Below are positions 36,583 through 49,592 of a stretch of 64,000 nt of DNA, piece by piece (positions within the stretch are counted from its first letter, which is position 1; each line of letters begins with the position of its first letter). Where the stretch lies: assembly GCF_011386835.1 (NCBI RefSeq), contig NC_088810.1, positions 23,312,001-23,376,000 on the forward strand. Direction: 5' to 3'. The translations under genes and the position numbers were made by a program. This stretch comes from Chrysemys picta bellii. Taxonomy: Eukaryota. The notes under the pieces are model-generated. The model was not told the DNA's origin and made no database searches. It saw nothing but the letters and a program-made list of their open reading frames with translations.

Positions 36583-38987
36583 ATTGACAGACTTGTAATT
36601 CCTTTGGAGAGTGTTGTCCTCAAGTATAAAGAAGAAACAATTTATCGTGGATGCTTAGATCCAACGATGCACACACTATTTAACAAGAACTGTTACTAAT
36701 GTTGTTTTGTAATAGAGTCTAACAGGCATGAACCTCGAGCTTGAACTGTGGTAGGGGAATCAGAACTATTGTGTGGTATTTTTGTTTCTCCACCTGACAC
36801 CCGTGTGACCTTCACCTCCATCTGCCTATTGTTCTATGCTGATAAAACAAGGAGAGTAAGCATGTTAAGGCTGGAGGTTCTTCAGCATTCTCAGAACTCA
36901 AGATTTCAAAGCACCTCGTAAACATTCATTGGTGTTTCACACATAAAAAGGGTTATATTCTTAGAAGATTCATAAATTGTTCCTGGGATTAGACGCCTGT
37001 GCAATGAGTAATAGAGTCACTTAAAAAAAATAGAGGCCAAGGTCTCTCATGTCATTCCTTTAATGAGGTCACGATTCAAAGCCAAAGAATTTGGGGATAT
37101 TTCATTTTCATTCTAATGTAATTTTACATTTGGTGTATTTATAGGAAAATGAAGGTGCTCTCTTCGTGTTAATCAGCACAGTTGCTTCAAATTGAAAGAA
37201 GATCAGGGTCTTAAAGTCAAAGGAAGACATTTCGGCCTTCTTTCCTGGATACAGAATGTACTCCTAGAGATATATTTTACACTTAAAACAACATTGTGGT
37301 TCTTGCAGGAATGGTTTATGCAACATAACCTATGGCTGGTCGGACTCTATGTCAAATCACAGCCAACAGCCCCTTTCCTCCTTCACCCATAATCCATGAT
37401 TTCCATCTCTCCTGGGCTTCTGCCAGGCCTTAGTCAGACGCATTATCTTGCAAGACCTCAGTTTCTTGTCAGCTCAGTCATAGAGAGATGGTTTCTAACA
37501 GAGTACAAATTCAACCATTTAACTCAAAAGCTTTCTAGAAAAGAGCAGTGCTTCCTTTAACTCCCCACTATCCCTTCCATTGACCCATGAGCAAATCTGG
37601 TCCAGGCAACCCTTTGAGATAACATTGGTGACCCAAGTGGAGGTCCAATGTTAGATAATGGTTTAATCACTCTAAGGTGAAATTCACCTCTGAGCAGAGG
37701 GCCATCACAAAGGCCCACGCTCCACTGAAGTCCCTGCTAAGACATAGTTTGCTAGTTTAAAGTGGGGCTAAAGTTGTCCATAGGCATCGTACTATCCCTC
37801 TGCCAAAAGGTGAATGTGAGACTTAAGGTCACGACGGAAAAGACACTGAAGGCAATGGAATGATTCTGATTGTTTTCCGAGGGAATCAGATCTCACTCGT
37901 TGGGGATGGAGCTTTTTGGAAGGCAGAAAAATGGCTCTTTGCTTCCTAGCAAGTTTATAATGAGCTGTCCAATGCCCCTAACAATGACCCGCATGAACTG
38001 AAAGGACCAAAGTGGATTTCTGCTCATGACAGCCAGTTGTGCTCCTGATGCAATTCTAAATCACCTCAACATGCATTCTCAATGCACCACCAAGAAAGTC
38101 ATTGGAATGATACTTGGAACGCAGATTGCAACATGCATGTCACTCCCTTTGAGGCTGAGAAGGCATGTAGTCTTACCACAAACCATATGATTGGTCCTTT
38201 TGAAATCAAAGGAAATATTTACATTCTTAAAGCGAAAATCTGTATAAGTCTTATCAGGAAAAGACTTTTTGCTAAACAGATAATGCAAGGAAGAACTCCA
38301 CCCCCGTGCAGAGGGCCTGAATAATGCTATGAACCATTTTATGGGCTTTATTCTCCTATCACTACATGACTTCGAAAGTTGCAGCTTGAGAGGTGTCTGG
38401 TACTGCCGGCTCTACAGGGATGAATTTTCTCCAGCAAGATTTTTAAACTAGGAGGGAGGAACAAGGAAAACCAGATGACCGATATTATGATGCAGCATAG
38501 TTTTTAATATGAATGAAATTTGCAATACACAGTTAGAGAAAGAAATAATACAGAGCAGAAAGGATGCATTTCAAGTATTTCCAAAAGGGCTGGGACCGAT
38601 CACCCGCTTCCTTGGGATGCATTTGAGGCAAGATGTTCTTTTCCCTTTGATGCAGATGCAAAGTTGGACAAACAAATTAAAGTGATAATAAAGACAACTG
38701 ATGCCTGTGTTAAGGCCCCTGTTTCCTTCACACTGCGGGGTTAGTGCAAACAGCCTGAGTGTAATTTAGAATGAGTCCACGCGAGACTAAGAGAATAAGC
38801 GCGTGGTTGGGAAAGCATTGGCACAAAGTGTTTGCAGGCATAATATTAGCAATCGGTCTATGATCGAAACGGGCTGAGCAGACAAGTGGAGCCATGCCTG
38901 CCCAGCACTTCTGAAATCTCTGTCTCAATCTCTAGCTTGTTGTTCATTTCCTGGTCTTTTCCTTTACCATTGATATTCCTTCAGGGT

Positions 38988-39518
38988 TTAACATGGTGTA
39001 CAGCTTCCACTCAGGTACCTATGGCAAGATACCCCGGAACCGCATGTTCCCCCATAACCGTAACCTCCCCCGTAACCTCCTCCGTAACCACACAGTCCAC
39101 CATAACGGCCGCCGTAACCACTCAATCCCCCATAACCATAACGGCCCCCGTAACCACACAGTCCCCCGTAACCTCCCCCGTAACCACTCAATCCCCCGTA
39201 ACCATAATGGCCCCCGTAACCACCTAATCCCCCATAACCATACAATCCTCCGTAATGGCCTCCATAGCCGTACAATCCCCCCAAACCGAATGAGCCCCCA
39301 TAGCCGGCTCCGACCACAGGTGCTCCAACAGCTCCCACTTCACTTTGCTGAGGGAAATTGCTGAGAATTGGTCCTGGGATGGTTACAACAACCGGTGATG
39401 GTCTGATGATGACTTCAGAGTCAGGGCACTGCCTAACGCACGGCTCGTTGCAGCTGCCAGAAACTGGACTGGGACGGGCCACCCCGCATTCTGGATAGCA
39501 CAGGCTGGAGCAAGACAT
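38988..39518 (-). CDS. Corneous beta-protein (beta-keratin), 176 aa, [13 protein letters not shown]-tail subfamily
   Basis: ATG at 39518. Acceptor at 39540-39541, donor at 40562-40567, TATA at 40629-40635. Confidence 0.95.
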   Translation of the reverse strand: MSCSSLCYPECGVARPSPVSGSCNEPCVRQCPDSEVIIRPSPVVVTIPGPILSNFPQQSEVGAVGAPVVGAGYGGSFGLGGLYGYGGHYGGLYGYGGLGGYGGHYGYGGLSGYGGGYGGLCGYGGRYGYGGLSGYGGRYGGLCGYGGGYGGGYGYGGTCGSGVSCHRYLSGSCTPC

Positions 39519-40561
39519 CTTTCTGTGATGGAGATGAACCTGAAACACACAACAGGGACTAGAGTAAAGAAAAGGTACCAGTGTCAGTGGAAGAAAGGAC
39601 TCAAACCTTGGTTACTATAGTAGTGAGGTCACCGTGGGGCCCGAGAGAGAGGAGGAGTGGATTTAGACCCTATGTTCGTGCTATGTATTTGTTCCTATTT
39701 CCTCGTTCTATACCTCTTATCTACTCACACTAAACTTCCCTCCTCATGGGCCCCTTTGAACCCTATTTCATTGATGGACCCCTGGTATTCGCTGTCCATT
39801 ATAGACATTTCTCAGAGAGAACATGACTGGGATACTGCTATCATTTCTTTTCCTTTGACGATTCAATCTCTGCATACAAACCAGTTGAGTCCAGGGTCAG
39901 AGTGGGGCTTATTGGTTTTCTAAACCTTGGGAGTCCCCAATACTTGCTGATGAATAAACAGAAACTTTTCTTTTCTCCAAATAAATCACTAAGACAAGAT
40001 CCTCAGCTCTGGTAAACTGGGTTCAGATCCACTGACTTCCATGGAGTGACCCTAAATTACACCATCTGAGGAGAAGAATCTTCAGTGGATATTTCTGCTC
40101 ATAAGAACGTTGGAATTCCTAGACTGGATCACACCATTTGTCAGTTTAATCATTCTCCTGCCACCAATACTAAGGAATAAGAGCTACTTCAGAATAAAGT
40201 AGAAGACCCCTAAGTTGGCCGTGTAGGGGCTAAACTGGGAAGGTTTCTTCCTAATCTAGCCAAGAGAAAAATGGCTAAGAAAGTTTCTAAAGTTAATTTA
40301 AAGATTTAAATTCCCTATTTCAATTTCCAGTTAATAGGAAATATGTTTCTCAATTGCATCTGGTGCTCCTAAACTCCCCACCTTTGGCTTCAAATCATGG
40401 ATCCACCACAACTTGCTACTGAATATCTACACAAGAGAATTATGGAACAACACTGACAATCCTGATAAAAATCACAGCGAATACGTGCAAGATTCAGTCT
40501 TAAATGGAAATGGATCCTACTGTGACATCTCTTGGGTTAGAAAGACATTGAGTCGAATTGG

Positions 40562-40697
40562 ACTTACCCAGTTGACCGAGGAGCTGCAGTCCGGAGAAGT
40601 GTTTAGAAGAACCCTGAGTCGTGAGTGCTTTTATACAGTTTCTAGGACTGCCTGGAGGATCTGCGTTGTGTTTTATACAGGAAGTCCCAATTAGTTA
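40562..40697 (-). promoter_or_regulatory. CBP promoter module
   Basis: TAACTAATTGG at 40697, TATA at 40629-40635, donor at 40562-40567. Confidence 0.8.
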
Positions 40698-43600
40698 CCA
40701 AACAATCTTAATGGCCTTGTTAAATCGTCCTTTTGATGGAGCTGTTTTCTCAGGGTTTGGGAGTATTGGGCTAATCTCAGCCTCAAAGGGAGTGACATGC
40801 ACGTTGTAATCTGCGTTCTTAGTATCATTCCAATGACTTTTTTGGTGGTGAAATGAGAATGCATGTCAAGGTGATTCAGAATTGCATCAGCAGCACAATT
40901 GGCTGTCATGAGCAGAAATCCACTTTGGTCCTTTCAGTTCATGCGGGTCATTGTTAGGGGCATTGGACAGCTCATTATAAACTTGCTAGGAAGCAAAGAG
41001 CCATTTTTCTGCCTTCTCAAAAGCTCCATCCCCAACGGGTGAGATCCGATTCCCTCGGAAAACAATCAGAATCATTCCATTGCCTTCAGTGTCTTTCCTG
41101 TCATGACCTTAAGTCTCACATTCACCTTTTGGCAGAGGGATAGTACGATGCCTATGGACAACTTTAGCTCCACTTTAAACTTTCAAACTATGTCTTAGCA
41201 GGGACTTCAGTGGAGCATGGGCCTTTGTGATGGCCCTCTGCCCAGAGGTGAATTTAAACTTAGGGTGATTAAAACTTGATCTAACATTGGACCTCCACTT
41301 GTGTCACCGATGCTATCTCAAAGGGTTGCCTAGACCAGATTTGATCATGGGTCAATGGAGGGGATAATGGGGAGTTAAAGGAAGCACTGCTCTTTTCTAG
41401 AAAGCTTTTGAGTTAAATGGTTGAATTTGTACTCTGTTAAAAACCATCTCTCTATGACTGAGCTGACAAGAAACTGAGGTCTTGCAAGATAATTCAGCTG
41501 ACTAAGGCCTGGAAGAAGCCCAGGAGAGATGGAAATCATGGATTATGGGTGAAGGAGGAAAGGGCTTTTGGCTGTGATTTGACATAGAGTCCGACCAGCC
41601 ATAGGTTATGTTGCATAAACCATTCCTGCAAGAACCACAATGTTGTTTTAAGTGTAAAATATATCTCTAGCAGTACATTCTGTATCCAGGGAAGAAGGCA
41701 GAAATGTCTTCCTTTGACCTTAAGACCCTGAACTTCTTTCAATTTGAAGCAACTGTGCTGATTAACACCAAGAAAGCACCTTCATTTTCCTATAAATACA
41801 CCAAATGTAAAATTACATTAGAAAATGAAATATCCCCAAATTCTTTGGCTTTGAATCGTGACGTGATTAAAGGAATGACATGAGAGACCTTGACCTCTAT
41901 TTTTTTTTAAGTGACTCTATTACTCATTGCACAGGCGTCTAATCCCAGGAACAATTTACTAATCTTCTAAGAATACAACCCTTTTTATGTGTGAAACACC
42001 AATGAATGTTTACGAAGTGCTTTGAACTCAATAGTTCTGATCCTCCCTACCACAGTTCAAGCTCGAGGTTCATCCCTGTTAGACTCTATTACAGGACAAC
42101 ATTAGTAACAGGTCTTGTTAAATAGTGTGTGCATCCTTAGATCTAAGCATCCACGATAAAAAAATGACTAATGTTTGATCCACATTAATTGTTTCTTCTT
42201 TATACTTGAGGACAACACTCTCCAAAGGAATTACAAGTCTGTCAATTTCTCTCCTTTCCTTGAGTGTTAGCACTGCAAATCACAGTACATAATTCAAGCG
42301 TCAAAAACTTGCTTTAACGCATAGCACCCATTGGGATGAAGTCACCATCTGCAATGTGTTTTCTACTTTTTCTTTCCTTGGAAACACATTTCTATAATGA
42401 GTCATAGTGACCCAATGGTAATGACTTCTTTCAGATTTGTGAAACGAGGACCAGGGTGGGACGTCTCTTTAATATAGCCTTCTTCATACATGAGGATAAT
42501 AATTGTCCAAAGGAATTACAAGTGTGTACATTTCAAGCTTGTTAATGCGCAGTGCAAGAATAAAACTATCAATATTGAATTCAAATGGGAAAAATGATGG
42601 TACCAGATAATTCTAGTCTGCTCAAACGTACATACCAACCACTAAGGAAATACCTTTCTTTAATCAGTAGAAAATATTCATCTTCTAGGAACTGAGAGCC
42701 ATGAAAATGTTGAAGAAAATAGTAGAAAATGCAGTCTTGGTATGTGCAGTTCCTGCAATATCAAGCTATGGTGCACTCGGGGGGGTTGTATAAAAATGGT
42801 AAATGGTACTATGGAGTGCAGTGAGGAACAGTTTCCTAAAAAACCATGAGATTCCTGTATTGAAGTACTGGTCAGTGTACTAATCTCTTGATATCACAAT
42901 GAAGATCCTGACTTTGATGTAGTGTAATTTGTCTTTAGGGATGGCCAATTTTCTTTTCCTTCTGAAAATCTGGGTCGCTGTCCAGCAAAGATTAAGACAG
43001 ACACTTTCCACGAACCATGTGATTGGTCTATTTGAAATCGAAGGAAATATTGACATTTTAAATTGAAAAACTGTGTAAGTCTTAGCAGGAAAAGGCTTTT
43101 TGCTACACGGATAATGCAAGGAAGAACTCCACCTCTGTGCAGACGGCCTGAATAATGTTTTGAACCACTTTAAGGGCTTTATTCTCCTATCACTCCATGC
43201 CTTCGAAAGTTGCAACTTAGAAGTTCCTGGTGCTGCCGGCTATACAGGGAGGAATTTCCTCCAGCACGATTTTTAAACAAGGAGGGCGGAACAAGGACAA
43301 CCAGAAGATTAATATTATAATGGAGCATAGTTTTTAATGAGAATGAAATTTGCAATTCACAGTTACAGAAAGAAATAATACAGAGCAGAAAGAATTTATT
43401 TCAAGTATTTCCAAAAGGTCTGGGACCGATCACTCGCTTCCTTGGGATGCATTTGAGGCAAGATGTTCTTTTTCCTTTGCTGCAGGTACAGAGTTGGACA
43501 AACAAATTAAAGTGATAATAAATACAACTGATGCCTGTCTTAAGGCCCCTGTTTCCTTCACACTGCGGGGTTAGTGCAAACAGCTTGAGTGCAATTCAGA

Positions 43601-43833
43601 ATGAGTCCACATGTGACTAGGAGAATAAGCACGTGGTTGGGAAAGCATTGGCAGAAAGTTTATAAGCATAATATTAGCAATCGGTCTATGATCGAAAGGG
43701 GCTGAGCAGACACAGTTTGCATTGAATTCAAGTGGAGCCATGCCTGCCCAGCACTTCTGAAATCTCTGTCTGAATCTCTAGCTTGTTGTTCATTTCCTGG
43801 TCTTTTCTTTTACCATTGATATACCTGCAGGGT

Positions 43834-44177
43834 TTAACATGGTGTACAGCTTCCACTCAGGTACCTATGGCAAGATACCCCGTAACCGCATGCTCCCCCG
43901 TAACCATAACGTTCCCCTTGATCACACAGTCCACCATAATGGCCCCCGTAACCACTCAATCCCCCGTAACCATAACGGCCCCCATAACCACACAATCCCC
44001 CGTAACCATAATGGCCCCCGTAACAACCTAATCCCCCATAAACATACAATCTTCCATAATGGCCTCCATAGGGGAAATTGCTAAGAATTGGTCCTGGGAT
44101 GGTTACGACAACCGGTGATGGTCAGAGTCAGGACACTGCCTAACGCTCAGTTTGTTGCAGCTGCCAGAAACTGGACT
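43834..44177 (-). pseudogene. 5'-truncated CBP pseudogene fragment
   Basis: No start codon or N-terminus. A 13-nt deletion in the core (CTGACTCTGA|CCATCACC). Same internal deletion as the 36212 copy. Tail ends [13 protein letters not shown] with an intact 3' flank. Confidence 0.85.
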
Positions 44178-45402
44178 GCAAGAAACCGCGTAGAACACAG
44201 GTATGGGTCTCTCATGTCATTCCTTTAATCAGGTCATGATTCAAAGCCAAAGAATTTGGGGATATTTCATTTTCATTCCAATGTAATTTTACATTTGGTG
44301 TATTTATAGGAAAATGAAGGTGCTCTCTTGGTGTTAATCAGCACAGTTGCTTCAAATTGAAAGAAGTTCAGGGTCTTAAAGTGAAAGGAAGACATTTCTG
44401 CCTTCTTCCCTGGATACAGAATGTACTGCTAGAGATATATTTTACATTTAAAACAACATTGTGGTTCTTGCAGGAATGGTTTATGCAAAATAACCTATGG
44501 CTGGTCGGACTCTATATCATAATCACAGCCTACAGCCCTTTCTTCCTTCTCCCATAATCCATGATTTCCATCTCTCCTGGGCTTCTTCCAGGCCTTAGTC
44601 AGCTGCATTATCTTGCAAGACCTCAGTTTCTTGTCAGCTCAGTCATAGAGAGATGGTTTCTAACAAAGTACAAATTCAACCATTTAACTCAAAAGCTTTC
44701 TAGAAAAGAGCAGAGCTTCCTTTAACTCCCCACTATCTCTTCCATTGACCCATGAGCAAATCTGGTCTAGGCAACCCTTTGAGATAGCATCGGTGACACA
44801 AGTGGAGGTCCAATGTTAGATCAAGTTTTAATCACCCTAAGTTTAAATTCACCTCTGGGCAGAGGGCCATCACAAAGGCCCATGCTCCACTGAAGTCCCT
44901 GCTAAGACGTAGTTTGAAAGTTTAAAGTGGGGCTGAAGTTGTCCATAGGCATCGTACTATCCCTCTGCCAAAAGGTGAATGTGAGACTTAAGGTCACAAC
45001 AGGAAAGACACTGAAGGCAATGGAATGATACTGATTGTTTTCCGAGGGAATCGGATCTCACCCGTTGGGGATGGAGCTTTTGAGAATGCAGAAAAATGGC
45101 TCTTTGCTTCCTAGCAAGTTTATAATGAACTGTCCAATCCCCCTAACTATGACCCGCATGAATTGAAAGGACCAAAGTGGATTTCTGCTCATGACAGCCA
45201 ATTGTGCTGCTGATGCAATTCTAAATCACCTTGACATGCATTCTCATTGCACCACCAAGAAAGTCATTGGAATGATACTAAGAACGCAGATTACAACGTG
45301 CATGTCACTCCCTTTGAGGCTGAGATTAGCCCAATACTCCCAAACCCTGAGAAAACAGCTCCATCAAAAGGAGGATTTAACAAGGCCATTAAGATTGTTT
45401 GG

Positions 45403-45538
45403 TAACTAATTGGGACTTCCTGTACAAAACACAACACAGATCCTCCAGGCAGTCCTAGAAACTGTATAAAAGCACTCACGACTCAGGGTTCTTCTAAACA
45501 CTTCTCCGGACTTCAGCTCCTTGGTCAACTGGGTAAGT
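45403..45538 (+). promoter_or_regulatory. CBP promoter module
   Basis: TAACTAATTGG at 45403, TATA at 45465, donor at 45533-45538. Confidence 0.8.
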
Positions 45539-46610
45539 CCAATTCGACTCAATCTATTTCTAACCCAAGAGATGTCACAGTAGGATCCATTTCCATTTAA
45601 GACTGAATCTTGCATGTATTCGCTGTGATTTTTATCAGGAATGACAGTGTTGTTCCATAATTCTCTTGTGTAGATATTCAGTAGCAAGTTGTGGTGGATC
45701 CATGATTTGAAGCCAACGGTGGGGAGTTTAGGAGCACCAGGTGCAATTGAGAAACATATTTCCTATTAACTGGAAAATTAAATAGTCAATTTAAATCTTT
45801 AAATTAACTTTAGAAACTTTCTTAGCCATTTTTCTCTTGGCTAGATTAGGAAGAAACTTTCCCAGTTTAGTTCCTACACAGCCAATTTAGGGGTCTTCTA
45901 CTTTATTCTGAAGTAGCTCTTATTCCTTGGTATAGGAGGCAGGAGAATGATTAAACTGACAAATGGTGTGATCAGGTATAGGAATTCCAACGTTCTTATG
46001 AGCAGAAATACCCACTGAAGATTCTTCTCCTCAGATGGTGTAATTTAGGGTCACTCCATGGAAGTCAGTGGATCTGAACCCAGTTTACCAGAGCTGAGGA
46101 TCTTGTCTTAGTGATTTATTTGGAGAAAAGAAAAGTTTCTGTTTATTCATCAGCAAGTATTGGGGACTCCCAAGGTTTAGAAAACCAATAAGCCACACTC
46201 TGAGCCTGGCCTCAACTAGTTTCTACGCAGAGATTGAATCGTCAAAGGAAAAGAAATGATAGCAGTATCTCAGTCATGTTCTCTTTCAGAAATGTCTATA
46301 ATGGACAGCGAATCCCAGGGGTCCATCAATGAAATAATTACACTTATTCCAGGCGGTGTTTTTCAGACAAAATCATTGAGAAGGGATCAAAGGGACCCAT
46401 TGGGAGGGAAGTGTAGCGTGAGTGGATAAGAGGTATAGGAAGAGGAAATAGGAACAAATACATATCCATGAACTTGGCTCTCTCTCGGGCCCCACGGTGA
46501 CCTCACTGTAATCGTAACCGAATTTTGAATCCTTTCTTTCCCTGTCATTGGTACCTTTTCTTTACTGTATTCCCTGTTGTGTGTTTCAGGTTTATCTCCA
46601 TCACAGAACG

Positions 46611-47129
46611 ATGTCTTGCTCCAGCCTGTGCTATCCAGAATGCGGGGTGGCCCGACCCAGTCCAGTTTCTGGCAGCTGCAACGAGCCGTGCGTTAGGCAG
46701 TGTCCTGACTCTGAAGTCATCATCAGACCATCACCGGTTGTTGTAACCATCCCAGGACCAATTCTCAGCAATTTCCCTCAGCAGAGTGAAGTGGGAGCCG
46801 TTGGAGCACCTGTGGTCGGAGCCGGCTACGGGGGCTCATTCGGTTTGGGCGGATTGTACGGCTATGGAGGCCATTACGGAGGATTGTATGGTTATGGGGG
46901 ATTAGGTGGTTACGGGGGCCGTTATGGTTACGGGGGATTGAGTGGTTACGGGGGATTGTGTGGTTACGGGGGCCGTTATGGTTATGGGGGGTTGAGTGGT
47001 TACGGCGGCCGTTATGGTGGACTGTGTGGTTACGGAGGAGGTTACGGGGGAGGTTACGGTTATGGGGGAGCATGCGGTTCCGGGGTATCTTGCCATAGGT
47101 ACCTGAGTGGAAGCTGTACACCATGTTAA
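46611..47129 (+). CDS. Corneous beta-protein (beta-keratin), 172 aa, [13 protein letters not shown]-tail subfamily
   Basis: ATG at 46611. TATA at 45465, donor at 45533, acceptor at 46588-46589, ATTAAA at 47619-47624. Confidence 0.95.
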   Translation: MSCSSLCYPECGVARPSPVSGSCNEPCVRQCPDSEVIIRPSPVVVTIPGPILSNFPQQSEVGAVGAPVVGAGYGGSFGLGGLYGYGGHYGGLYGYGGLGGYGGRYGYGGLSGYGGLCGYGGRYGYGGLSGYGGRYGGLCGYGGGYGGGYGYGGACGSGVSCHRYLSGSCTPC

Positions 47130-48904
47130 ACCTGGCAGGAATATCAATGGTAAAAGAAAAGACCAGGAAATGAACAACAAGCTAGAGATTCAGAGATTTC
47201 AGAAGTGCTGGGCAGGCATGGCTCCACTTGAATTCAATGCGAACTGTGTCTGCTCAGCCCCTTTCGATCATAGACCGATTGCTAATATTATGCTTATAAA
47301 CTCTTTCTGCCAATACTTTCCCAACCACGTGCTTATTCTCCTAGTCACACGTGGACTCGTTCTGAATTGCACTCAGGCTGTTTTCACTAGCCCTTCAGTG
47401 TGAAGGAAACAGGGGCCTTAAGACAGGCATTGGTTGTATTTATTATCACTTTAATTTGTTTGTACAACTCTGCACCTGCATAAAGGAAAAAGAACATCTT
47501 GCCTCAAATGCATCCCGACGAAGCGGGTGATCGGTCCCAGCCCTTTTGGAAATACTTGAAATGCATCCTTTCTGCTCTGTATTATTTCTTTCTGTAACTG
47601 CATTGCAAATTCATTCTCATTAAAAACTATGCTGCATCATAATATCGATCTTCTGGTTTTCCTTGTTCCTCCCTCCTTGTTTAAAAATCATGCTGGAGAA
47701 AATTCATCCTTGTAGAGCAGGCAGCACCAGACACTTCTCAAGTTACAACTTTTGAAGGCGTGGAGTGAGAGGAGAATAAAGCACTTTAATGTAAATATTT
47801 CCTTTGATTCCAAAAAACCAATCTCATGGTTCGTGGAAAGTGTCTGTGTGAGTCTTTGCTGGATAGTGACCCAGATTTTCAGAAGGAAAAGAAAATTGGC
47901 CATCCCTAAAGACAAATTACACTACACTAAAGTCATCTGCAGCAGTCAGGAATCTCCTTTGTGATATGAAGAGATTAGTACACTGACCAGTACTTCAGTA
48001 TAAGAATCGAATGGTTTTTTAGGAAGCTGTTCCTCACTGCACTCCATAGTACCATTTTTATACAAACCCAGCGGCTGCACCATAGATTGATATTGCAGGA
48101 ACTGCACATACCAAGATTGCATTTTCTACCATGTTTTTCTTCAACATGTTCATGGCTCACAGTTCCCAGAAGATGAATATTTTCCACTGATCACATTTTT
48201 GAATTGACAACACAAAATAAAAAATGTATCCAGACCTTCCTGGCTCTTCACTGACATGATGTAATACTCACATAATGAGGGGAGATTTATCCATCTGCCA
48301 CCGGGTTTTATTTAAGGGCAATACAGCTCTATTCCTCAATGTCAGAATACATCTAATGACCCCTCCTTGGAATGGAAGAACACAGGCATTGCTGCAGCAA
48401 ATCAGGCCTCTCTCCCACAGTGGTGAATGCCAGAGGCTTCACAGGGGGTGCAAGAAACCCCGTAGAACACAGGTATGGGATCACCTGCCCATAGAGGAAC
48501 TTTTTCATTATCCCCCGTCAATCCGATCTACCTCCATTATTGGATGATACCCTGAAGCACAAGAGTTTATATCCTTGCCAAGCTTGTAGAAATGCAGTAA
48601 ATCCATCTCAGTCGGAATTTGCTCCAGAGTATTGCAAGCACCATTCTCTCTGCATCACCGAGGCCCACTATGTTGATAATAGAGGAAGCAAATAGCCAGG
48701 CAGGCATTAGAAGAAAGACCCATCATGTGAAATATGAGAAACATTAGTCATCTTTCCAGAGGTGTTGGTTAAATGCAGCTCTTTTATTATTTCACAAAGA
48801 GTTCGATTTACTCAGCAATTCTCAAAACTAGGGCTATGCGCTAAAATCTCAATCTGCATCTTGCTGTTCATTTCCTGGTTCTTCCTTTTTCTTTGGATAC
48901 GCCT

Positions 48905-49308
48905 ACTGGGTTTACCTATGGCCCCATCACCACCCCCACAACCCTATATTCCTCCCACAACCATATGGTACCTTGTAACCATAGAATCTCTCCTAACCAT
49001 ATGGACCCCGATAACCATGTCATGTCCCATAACCACAGAGACCACCCACAACCATATAAGCCTCCATAACGTTATAAGGCTCTATCACCACATACCCCCC
49101 ATCACCACCTCCAATGTCAGCTGCTGCTGAAGATCCCACTATGCTTTCCTGAGAGAAAGAACTGAGAATTGGTCCTCAGAAGGTCATGACAGCGAGGGGT
49201 GGTTGGATCAACACTGTGGGCTCAGGGCACGACCTTATGTAAGGCCTGTTGAAGCTGTCCACACGTGCCTTGTGGAGTGTCACTCCACGCATTTGTGAAA
49301 CAAGACAT
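48905..49308 (-). pseudogene. Second type of divergent CBP pseudogene (frameshift plus stop)
   Basis: ATG TCT TGT at 49308, then after a frameshift [51 protein letters not shown] followed by decayed GGT-TAT tail codons. End coordinate is approximate. Confidence 0.8.
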
Positions 49309-49504
49309 CTTTCTGCAGTGACGATAAATCGGAGACACATAGCAGGGAAGAAATAAAATTTATTTTATTTATTTTATTTATTTTAATTTTTATTTATTTA
49401 TTTAAAAATTAATTTAAGACAGTAGTTTTATGTGTGTGGGCAAGTGGAATAAAATTTTTTATATTGAGCACCTAATTCAATTGAAGTCCCATAGACACCT
49501 ACGG

Positions 49505-49505
<1 letters not shown>

Positions 49506-49591
<86 letters not shown>

Positions 49592-49592
49592 A
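49506..49592 (+). repeat. (GAAA)n microsatellite, about 21 units
   Basis: Read directly. Lies in the intron of the 49308 pseudogene. Confidence 0.95.

Larger units (their letters stand above)
38330..47790. repeat. Inverted repeat P3: arms about 38330-41900 and 44206-47790
   Basis: Mirrored track ORFs (40413+/45406-, 40691-/45191+, 41536-/44357+). Holds head-to-head CBP genes 38988(-) and 46611(+). Limits approximate. Confidence 0.85.
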
